A DNA stretch of 64,000 nt from Eledone cirrhosa. Its lineage: Eukaryota. Numbering within the stretch: position 1 is the first letter of the stretch; the number at the start of each line of letters is the position of its first letter. Both the position numbers and the translations under genes were made by a program. Shown here piece after piece: positions 41,942-51,200 of this stretch. The notes under the pieces are model-generated. The model made no database searches and had not been told where the DNA came from. It was given only the letters and a program-made list of their open reading frames with translations. The stretch is from positions 9,238,001 to 9,302,000 of the forward strand of contig OZ024740.1 of assembly GCA_964016885.1 (NCBI GenBank), given 5' to 3'.

Positions 41942-44929
41942 ATGCTTGAACGTATGGAGGTCGATGTTTGTTGTATTCAAGAGACCAGGTGGAGGGGTGG
42001 GTCTGCTAGATTCATTGAGGGTAAAAAACGATGTTATAAGCTTTTCTGGGTGGGAAACGACGATGGGCTGGGTGGAGTAGGAATCATGGTAGCAGAAAAG
42101 TGGGCAGATAAGATAATAGACGTAAATAGAGTGAACGACAGAATAATTAAAATAAGACTTGTCCTCAATAGAACTACGGTGACAGTAATATCTGCGTACG
42201 CACCCCAATCCGGACTGCCCGGCACTATAAAAGACAGATTCTATGAGACACTGTTGCTAACTACCTCCCAAATATCTGACAGTGACTATATAATTATTGC
42301 AGGCGACCTAAATGGTCACGTTGGACAACATTGTGACGGCTACGACGAAATCCATGGAGGCTATGGGTTTGGTACTAGAAATGAGGAAGGCTCCAGAATC
42401 CTGGAATACTGTGATGCAAATAACCTAACTATCTGTAACACTAACTTCAAAAAACATGACAATCACCTGATTACCTATAGATCCGGGGAACACACAAGCC
42501 AGGTAGATTATATCCTTACCAGAAGACGTGACAGAGTGTCTGTTGTAAACACTAAATCCCTCCCCCATGAAGAATGCACCTCCCAACATAGACTGATAAT
42601 TAGCGACCTCATAGTCAGGACGAGACGTACCCGACAGCAGAAGAGGACTATCCTCAGGAGGAAAATATGGAAACTAAAGGACCCCACAGCCAGAAATAAA
42701 TTTCAAAGCATATTACTTGATGCTTTCGACAGTAAGGAAGAGCATCTAGAATCGGACAATATAGAGGGACAGTGGAAATTTCTGAAAGCAAACCTGCTGT
42801 TGGCGACAGACGAAGTCTGTGGCTGGAGCAGGCCTGTAGGCAGGAGGAGAGTAACATGGTGGTGGAACAATAGGGTGGAGGGGTCAATTAAGGCCAAAAA
42901 GCAGGCTTGGAAAGTATGGCGGGATGGGGGAAGTAGAGTAGACTATCAAGTGGCCAGGAGGGAAGCTAGGAGAGAAGTGTACTTAGCAAGAAGGGAAGCT
43001 GAGGAAAGAAAGTTCAAGCATGTTCTACAACGCGATGACCAAAAACGTGAGGTGTTCAGGATTGCCAGCCAATGCGTCAAGGAAAACCGTGATATTGTCG
43101 GGGAGAAGTGTGTACTTAACGATGATGGCATACTTGCCATCACCGACACTGATAAGAAGGTAGCTTGGAAGTGTCACTATGAAAGGCTACTAAATGAGGA
43201 GAATAAATGGGAGAAAGACAGTCTCCCCCATATCGACCCGATAGAGGGACCAGCAGTGTTAGTCGAGGGGAGTATAATAAGTAAGGCAATCAAGGATATG
43301 AAGACTGGTAAGGCGGCTGGGGCTTCAGAAATAGTTGCTGAGATGCTGAAGGCATCTGGCACGGTGGGACACACCATGGTCACCCGCATAGTTAACCAAG
43401 TCGTACAGAATGGGGTTGTTCCGAAGGACTGGCATAGCAGCATCATCGTTAACTGTTATAAGGGTAAAGGAGACGCCCTAGATAGGAGTAACTATAGAGG
43501 CATTAAATTAATCGACCAGGTCATGAAGGTCACGGAAAAAGTAATAGCGCAACTAATCAGAGAGAGAATTGATCTAGATGAAATGCAGTTCGGGTTTGTG
43601 TCAGGCAAAAGCACCACAGACGCTCTTTTCATAGTACGACAACTACAGGAGAAGTACCTAGCTAAAGGTAAACCCCTCTACTTAGCTTTTGTCGACCTGG
43701 AGAAAGCCTTCGACAGAGTCCCCCGCTCCATTATCTGGTGGGCTCTTAGAAAACTAGGCGTTGACGAATGGCTTGTGAGGGCTATACAAGCCATGTATAA
43801 AGAAACAGTCAGCAAGGTTAGAATTAACAACGAATATAGTGAAGAGTTTAGCGTAAAAGTTGGCGTCCATCAGGGCTCTGTTCTCAGCCCCCTACTATTT
43901 ATTATTGCCCTTCAGGCTATAACAGAGGAGTTCAAGACAGGCTGCCCATGGGAACTCCTATACGCAGACGACCTGACACTCATAGCGGAATCAATGGCCG
44001 AGCTAGAGAAGAAATTCCAAACATGGAAGCACGGCCTAGAGTCAAAAGGACTTAAAATTAACCTGGCTAAGACCAAAGTTCTAGTTTGTAGGAAAGAAAA
44101 CAAGGCGGCGGTCCCTTCTGGGAAATGGTCGTGCTCGGTATGTAGGAAAGGCGTAGGTAGAAACTCCATCTTATGTCCTAAATGCAAAGTATGGGTGCAT
44201 AAAAGATGTAGTGGGATCACAGGTAAGCTAACTAAGAACATAGACTTTACATGTGGCCGGTGTTCTGGTGCAATAAGTAGCAGCAAGTGCCCACAAAATA
44301 CTAGCTCTTTCAATTGCGCAGAGGGTTCTATAGAAATAGTGGACAGCTTCCGTTACCTGGGCGATAAAATCAGCAGTGGGGGAGGGTGCTCTGAAAGTAC
44401 TGTAGCTAGAGTCAGAACTGGTTGGAAAAAGTTCAGAGAGCTTATACCACTATTAGCTGCTAAAGGGTTCTCCCTAAAAATGAAAGGCAGGTTGTACGAT
44501 GCCTGCATACGAACAGCAATGTTGCATGGTAGTGAGACCTGGGCATTGTGTGCAGAGGATATACGCAGACTAGAGAGGAACGAAGCTTGCATGCTCCGCT
44601 GGATGTGTAACAGTAATATACGTGAACGGCAAAGCATAAACGAACTAAGGAAAAAATTAGAGATAAGAGGGATCAGATGTTGTTTACTCGAGAGAAGGCT
44701 GCGTTGGTATGGACACGTGATGCGCATGAAAGTCGATAGCTGTATTACAAAGTGCAGGGCAATAAAGATAGACGGTAGCCACGGAATAGGCAGACCTAGA
44801 AAAACATGGGATGAGCTGATAATCTCCGACCTCACACACTTACACCTCTCCAAGACAATGTCACTGGACCGTGACCTTCGGCGGTACTCAGTAACAGAGA
44901 AGACCCGCCTTGCCAGTAGGCATCTCTAA
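41942..44929 (+). CDS. RTE-type polyprotein: apurinic-like endonuclease, reverse transcriptase with inserted PHD finger, C-terminal region (995 aa from first ATG; frame open from 41765)
   Basis: APE motifs (I)NVGTL (upstream of the ATG), CCIQETRW, SAYAP, AGDLNGHVG, SQVDYIL, SQHRL; RT motifs NYRGIKL, QFGF, FVDLEKAFDRV, GVHQGSVLSPLLF, YADD, FRYLG; C-terminal RRLRWYGHVMR and GRPRKTW; no Gag-like ORF1 seen. Confidence 0.93.
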   Translation: MLERMEVDVCCIQETRWRGGSARFIEGKKRCYKLFWVGNDDGLGGVGIMVAEKWADKIIDVNRVNDRIIKIRLVLNRTTVTVISAYAPQSGLPGTIKDRFYETLLLTTSQISDSDYIIIAGDLNGHVGQHCDGYDEIHGGYGFGTRNEEGSRILEYCDANNLTICNTNFKKHDNHLITYRSGEHTSQVDYILTRRRDRVSVVNTKSLPHEECTSQHRLIISDLIVRTRRTRQQKRTILRRKIWKLKDPTARNKFQSILLDAFDSKEEHLESDNIEGQWKFLKANLLLATDEVCGWSRPVGRRRVTWWWNNRVEGSIKAKKQAWKVWRDGGSRVDYQVARREARREVYLARREAEERKFKHVLQRDDQKREVFRIASQCVKENRDIVGEKCVLNDDGILAITDTDKKVAWKCHYERLLNEENKWEKDSLPHIDPIEGPAVLVEGSIISKAIKDMKTGKAAGASEIVAEMLKASGTVGHTMVTRIVNQVVQNGVVPKDWHSSIIVNCYKGKGDALDRSNYRGIKLIDQVMKVTEKVIAQLIRERIDLDEMQFGFVSGKSTTDALFIVRQLQEKYLAKGKPLYLAFVDLEKAFDRVPRSIIWWALRKLGVDEWLVRAIQAMYKETVSKVRINNEYSEEFSVKVGVHQGSVLSPLLFIIALQAITEEFKTGCPWELLYADDLTLIAESMAELEKKFQTWKHGLESKGLKINLAKTKVLVCRKENKAAVPSGKWSCSVCRKGVGRNSILCPKCKVWVHKRCSGITGKLTKNIDFTCGRCSGAISSSKCPQNTSSFNCAEGSIEIVDSFRYLGDKISSGGGCSESTVARVRTGWKKFRELIPLLAAKGFSLKMKGRLYDACIRTAMLHGSETWALCAEDIRRLERNEACMLRWMCNSNIRERQSINELRKKLEIRGIRCCLLERRLRWYGHVMRMKVDSCITKCRAIKIDGSHGIGRPRKTWDELIISDLTHLHLSKTMSLDRDLRRYSVTEKTRLASRHL
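44126..44263 (+). other. PHD-type (C4HC3) zinc finger coding segment inside the RT domain (also at 3378-3515 and 37970-38107 on the minus strand)
   Basis: WSCSVC-x10-CPKCKVWVHKRC-x12-FTCGRC fits C-x2-C...C-x2-C-x4-H-x2-C...[FW]-x-C-x2-C. Confidence 0.85.
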
Positions 44930-45283
44930 CAAACTACACCCCGTCCCGCCACCACCCCCACCCCATCCACACCACCCCGTTCTATGTAAAGTTATGTTGG
45001 TGCCGCGCCATCCAGGCCGAAACAAATGAGATCGTGTAGGTGTCACGACAAAAAAACACACAGTCCACGCTGTAATGTGGCCGTGTAGGCAACACGGTAA
45101 AAACCTCCCAGACCCACACTGTAAATGTGGTTGGTGTTAGGAAGGGCATCCAACTGTAGAAAACCTGCCAGACAGTCCTATGCGAGCAAGACAATCACTC
45201 TTGCCTCAAGTGGGACTACCCCCGTCCAAACCCATGCAAGCGTGGAACACGGACGTTAAACGTTGATGGTGATGATGATGATG
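44930..45283 (+). other. LINE 3' UTR: C-rich tract, two tandem hairpin/pseudoknot units, three hairpins, (GAT)n tail
   Basis: Inverted repeats read by eye (TCGTG/CACGA, CCGTGT/ACACGG, GGTTGG/CCAACT, AGTCCTA/TGGGACT, CGTCC/GGACG); homologous elements in 2422-2717. Confidence 0.75.
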
Positions 45284-48200
45284 ATGTCAGTTTCTATTGG
45301 TATGTCAGTTTCGATTGGTATGTCAGTTTTATTGGGATGTCAATTTCGATTGGTATATCAGTTTCAATTGGTATGTCAGTTTTATTGGTATGTCAATTTC
45401 GATTGGTATATCAATTTCGATTGGTATGTCAATTTCTATTGGTATATCAGTTTATATTTGTATGTCTGTTTCGATTGGTATGTCAGTTTCTATTGTTATA
45501 TCAGTTTTGATTGGTATGTTAGTTTCTAATGGTATGTCAGGTCCGATTGGTATGTTAGTCCTCGATTCGTATGTCAGTTTCTATTGGTATATAAATTTAA
45601 GATTGGTATGTCAGTTTCTATTGGTCTGTCAGTTTCTATTGGTATATTAGTTTCGATTGGTATGTCAGTTTCGATTGGTATGTCAGTTTCTATTGGTATA
45701 TCAGTTTCGATTGGTATATCAGTTTCTATTGGTATATCAGTTCCGATTGGTATATCAGTTTCGATTGGTATGTCAGTTTCTATTGGTATATCAGTTTCAA
45801 TTGATATATCAGTTTCGATTAATATGTCAGTTTCTATTGGTATGTCAGTTTCGATTAGTATATCAGTTTCTATTGGTATGTCAGTTTCGATTGGTATGTC
45901 AGTTTCTATTGGTATATCAGTTTCGATTGGTATATCAGTTTTGATTGGTATATCAGTTTCGATTGGTATGACAGTTTCTATTGGTATGTCAGTTTCTATT
46001 GGTATGTCAGTTCCGATTGGTATGTCAATTTTATTGGTATGTCACTTTCTATTGGTATGTCAGTTATGATTGGTATGTCAGTTTCTATTGGTATATCAGT
46101 TTCTATTGGTATATCAGTTTCTATTGGTATGTCAGTTTCTATTGTTATGTTAGTCCTCGATTTGTATGTCAGTTTCTATTGGTATATCAATTTCGATTGG
46201 TATGTCAGTTTCTATTGGTATGTCAGTTTCTATTGGTAAATCAATTTCGATTGGTATGTCAGTTTTGATTTGTATATCAGTTTCGATTCCTATGTCAGTT
46301 TCAATTGGTATGTCAGTTTCTATTGGTATGTCAGTTTCGATTGGTATGTCAGTTTCGATTTGTATGTCAGTTTCGATTGGTATGTCAGTTTCGATTTGTA
46401 TGTCAGTTTCTATTGGTATATCGGTTTCCATTGGTATATCAGTTTCGATTAGTATATCAGTTACTATTTGTATGTCAGTTTTGATTGGTATATCAGTTTC
46501 TATTGGTATGTGAGTTTCTATTGGTATGTCAGTTTCGATTGGTATATCAGTATCGATTAGTAGTCAGTTTCTATTGGTATATCGGTTTCCATTGGTATAT
46601 CAGTTTCAATTGGTATGTCAGTTTCTATTGGTATATCAGTTTCTATTGGTATGTCAGTTTCGATTGGTATATCAGTTTCGACTGGTATATCAGTTTCGAT
46701 TGGTATATCAGTTTCGATTGGTATGTCAGTTTCTATTGGTATGTCAGATTCAATTAGTATATCAGTTTCGATTGGTATGTCAGTTTCGATTAGTATATCA
46801 GTTTCTATTGGTATGTCAGTTTCTATTGGTATATCAATTTCGATTGGTATATCAGTTTCGATTAGTATGTCAGTTTCGATTCGTATGTCAGTTTCGATTG
46901 GTATGTCAGTTTCGATTGGTATGTCAGTTTCTATTGGTATGTCAGTTTTGATTGGTATGTCAGTTTCTATTGGTATATCAGTTTCTATTGGTATGTCAGT
47001 TTTGATTGGTATGTCAGTTTCTATTGGTATATCAGTTTCGATTGGTATATCAGTTTCTATTGGTATATCAGTTCCGATTGGTATATCAGTTTCGATTGGT
47101 ATGTCAGTTTCGATTACTATATCAGTGTCTATTGGTATGTCAGTTTTGATTGGTTTGTCAGTTTCTATTGGTATATCAGTTTCTATTGGTATATCAGTTT
47201 CTATTGGTACGTCAGTTTCTATTGGTATATCAGTTTTGATTGGTATGTTAGTTTCTATTGGTATGACAGTTTCGATTAGTATATCAGTTTCTATTTTTAT
47301 GTCAGTTTCGAGTGGTATGTTAGTCCTCGATTTGTATGTCAGTTTCCATTGGTATAGCAATTTCGATTGGTAGGTCAGTTTCTATTGGTATGTCAGATTC
47401 TATTGGTATATCAATTTCGATGGGTATGTCAGTTTCGATTTGTATGTCAGTTTCGATTCGTATGTCAGTTTCGATTGGTGTGTCAGTTTCGATTGGTATG
47501 TCAGTTTCTATTGGTATATCAGTTTCGATTGGTATATCAGTTTCTGTTGGTATATCAGTTCCGATTGGTATATCAGTTTCGATTGGTATATCAGTTTCGA
47601 TTGGCATGATAGTTTCTATTGGTATGTCAGTTTCTATTGGTATGTCAGTTTCGATTGGTATGTCAGTTTTATTGGGATGTCAATTTCGATTGGTATATCA
47701 GTTTCGATTGGTATGTCAGTTTTATTGGTATGTCAATTTCGATTGGTATATCAATTTCGATTGGTATGTCAATTTCTATTGGTATGTCAGTTTCTATTGG
47801 TATGTCTGTTTCGATTGGTATGTCAGTTTCTATTGTTATATCAGTTTTGATTGGTATGTTAGTTTCTATTGGTATGTCAGGTCCGATTGGTATGTTAGTC
47901 CTCGATTCGTATGTCAGTTTCTATTGGTATATAAATTTCGATTGATATGTCAGTTTCTATTGGTCTGTCAGTTTCTATTGGTATATCAGTTTCGATTGGT
48001 ATGTCAGTTTCGATTGGTATGTCAGTTTCTATTGGTATATCAGTTTCGATTGGTATATCAGTTTCTATTGGTATATCAGTTCCGATTGGTATGTCAGTTT
48101 CTATTGGTATATCAGTTTCAATTGATATATCAGTTTCGATTAATATGTCAGTTTCTATTGGTATGTCAGTTTCGATTAGTATATCAGTTTCTATTGGTAT

Positions 48201-51200
48201 GTCAGTTTCGATTGGTATGTCAGTTTCTATTGGTATATCAGTTTCGATTGGTATATCAGTTTTGATTGGTATATCAGTTTCGATTGGTATGACAGTTTCT
48301 ATTGGTATGTCAGTTTCTATTGGTATGTCAGTTCCGATTGGTATGTCAGTTTTATTGGTATGTCAGTTTCTATTGGTATATCAGTTTCTATTGGTATGTC
48401 AGTTTCTATTGTTATGTTAGTCCTCGATTTGTATGTCAGTTTCTATTGGTATATCAATTTCGATTGGTATGTCAGTTTCTATTGGTATGTCAGTTTCTAT
48501 TGGTAAATCAATTTCGATTGGTATGTCAGTTTTGATTTGTATATCAGTTTCGATTCCTATGTCAGTTTCGATTGGTATGTCAGTTTCTATTGGTATGTCA
48601 GTTTAGATTGGTATGTCAGTTTTAAGGGTATGTCAATTTCGATTGTTATATAAGTTTCGATTGGTGTGTCAGTTTTATTGGTATATCAGTTTCTATTGGT
48701 ATGTCAGTTTCGATTGGTATGTCAGCTTTCTTGATATGTCAATTTCGATTGGTATATTAATTACGATTGGTATGTCAGTTTTATTGGTATTTCAATTTCG
48801 ATTAGTATATCAGTTTCGATCGGTATATCAGTTTCGATTAGTATGTCAGTTTCTATTGGTATGTCAGTTTCGATTGGTATATCAGTTACTATTTGTATGT
48901 CAATTTCGATTGGTATGTCAGTTTCGATTGGTTTGTCAGTTTCTATTGGTATATCAGTTTTGATTGGTATGTCAGTTTTGATTTGTATATCAGTTTCTAT
49001 TGGTATGTCAGTTTATATTGGTATATCAGTTTCTATTCGTATATCATTTTTTATTGGTATGTCAGTTTTAATTAGTATATCAGTTTCTATTGGTATATCT
49101 GTTTCAAATGGTATGACAGTCTCGATTGGTATGTCAGTTTCTATTGGTATATCAGTTTCTATTGGTATGTCAGTTTATATTGGTATATCAGTTTCTACTC
49201 GTATGTCAGTTTATATTGGTATGTCAGTTTTGATTAGTATATCAGTTTCTATTGGTATGTCAGTTTCGATTGGTATATCTGTTTCGATTGGTATATCTGT
49301 TTTAAATGCTATGACAGTCTCGATTGGTATGTCCGTTTCGACTGAGATATCAGTTTCGATTCGTATGTCAGTTTCTCTTAGTATATCAGTTTCTATTGGT
49401 ATATCATTTTCGATTGGTATGTTAGTTTCTATTGGTATGTCAGTTTATATTTGTATGTCAGTTTCGATTGGTATGTCAGTTTCTATTGATATATCAGTTT
49501 TGATTGGTATGTAAGTTTCTATTGGATTGTCAGTTTCGATTAGTATATCAGTTTCTATTGGTATGTCAGTTTCGATTGGTATGTTAGTCCTCGATTCCTA
49601 TGTCAGTTTCTATTGGTATATCAGTTTCTATTGGTATGTCAGTTTTGATTGGTATGTCAGTTTATATTGGTATATCAGTTTCGATTGGTATATCAGTTTC
49701 TATTGTTATATAAATTCCAATTGGTACATCAGTTTCGATTGGTATGTCAGTTTCGATTGGTATGTCAGTTTCTATTGGTGTATCAGTTTCGATTGATATA
49801 TCAGTTTCGATTAATATGTCAGTTTCTATTGGTATGTCAGTTTCGATTAGTATATCAGTTTCTATTGGTATATCAGTTTCGATTGGTATATCAGTTTTGA
49901 TTGGCATATCAGTTTCGATTGGTATGAGAGTTTCTATTGGTATGTCAGTTTCTATTGGTATGTCAGTTTCGATTGGTATGTCAGTTTTATTGGTATGTCA
50001 ATTTCGATTCGTATATCAGTTTCAATTAGTATTTCAGTTTTATTGGTATGTCAATTTCGATTGGTATATTAGTTTCGATTGGTATGTCACTTTCTATTGG
50101 TATATTAGTTTATATTTGTATGTGTGTTTCGATTGGTATGTCAGTTTCTATTGTTACATCAGTTTCTATTGGTCTGTCAGTTTCTATTGGTATATCAGTT
50201 TCGATTGGTATGTTAGTTTCGATTAGTATATCAGTTTTTATTGGTATGTCAGTTTCTATTGGTATATCAGTTTCGATTAGTATGTCAGTTTCGATTGGTA
50301 TGTCAGTTTCAATTGGTATGTCAGTTTTGATTGGTATATCAGTTTCGATTTGTATGTCAATTTCGATTGGTATGACAGTTTTGATTGGTATGACAGTTTC
50401 TATTGGTATATCTGTTTCGATTTGTATGTCAGTTTCGATTAGTATATCAGTTTCTATTGCTTAGTCAGTTATGATTGTTATGTCAGTTTCTATTGGTATA
50501 TCAGTTTGTATTGGTATATCAATTTCGATTGGTATGTTAGTTTGTATTGGTATGTCAGTTTCTATTGGTAAATCAATTATCGATTGGTATGTCAGTTTAG
50601 ATTTGTATATCAGTTTCGATTGGTATGTCAGTTTCGATTGGTATGTCAGTTTCGATTGGTATGTCAGTTTCGATTTGTATGTCAGTTTCGATTGGTATAT
50701 CAGTTTCGATTAGTATGTCAGTTTCTATTGGTATATCGGTTTCCATTGGTATATCAGTTTATATTGGTATGTCATTTTCTATTTGTATATCAGTTTCTAT
50801 TGATATGTCAGTTTCTATTCGTATGTCAGTTTCTATTGGTATGTCAATTTCAATTGGTATATCAATTTCGATTGGTATGTCAATTTCTATTGGTATATCA
50901 GTTTATATTTGTATGTCTGTTTCGATTGGTATGTCAGTTTCTATTGTTATATCAGTTTTGATTGGTATGTTAGTTTCTATTGTTATGTCAGTTCCGATTG
51001 GTATGTTAGTCCTGGATTCGTATGTCAGTTTCTATTGGTATATCAATTTTGATTGGTATGTCAGTTTCTATTGGTATATCAATTTCAATTGTATGTCAGT
51101 TTCTATTGGTATGTCAGTTTCTATTGGTATATCAGTTTCGATTGGTATGTCACTTTCGATTAGTATATCAGTTTCTATTGGTATGTCAGTTTCTATTGGT

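Larger units (their letters stand above)
41898..45283 (+). mobile_element. RTE-clade LINE, family B, near full-length (lacks 5' UTR and first codons), 3' UTR and (GAT)n tail, short TSD within ATGTCA
   Basis: Single APE+RT ORF; tail GTTGATGGTGATGATGATGATG; ATGTCA at 41892-41897 and 45284-45289; empty-site paralog at 47601-47690. Confidence 0.97.

Noticed and set aside
2848-44853. Antisense and alternate-frame ORFs over the LINEs (2848-3294, 3334-3954, 37440-38555, 39090-39290, 41912-42208, 42034-44853 minus)
   Set aside because: Shadows of the RT coding strand with no recognisable motifs, interrupted differently between copies.
2488-45194. Short ORFs over the 3' UTRs (2488-2763, 2594-2815, 37187-37384, 44982-45194)
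   Set aside because: Antisense to the UTR; the similarity between families (e.g. FYSWMPFLTPT) is explained by the conserved RNA hairpin sequence.
37172-45283. The divergent LINE pair as one composite or inverted-repeat element
   Set aside because: The copies belong to different families, have separate junctions and are separated by 2.6 kb of ordinary satellite.
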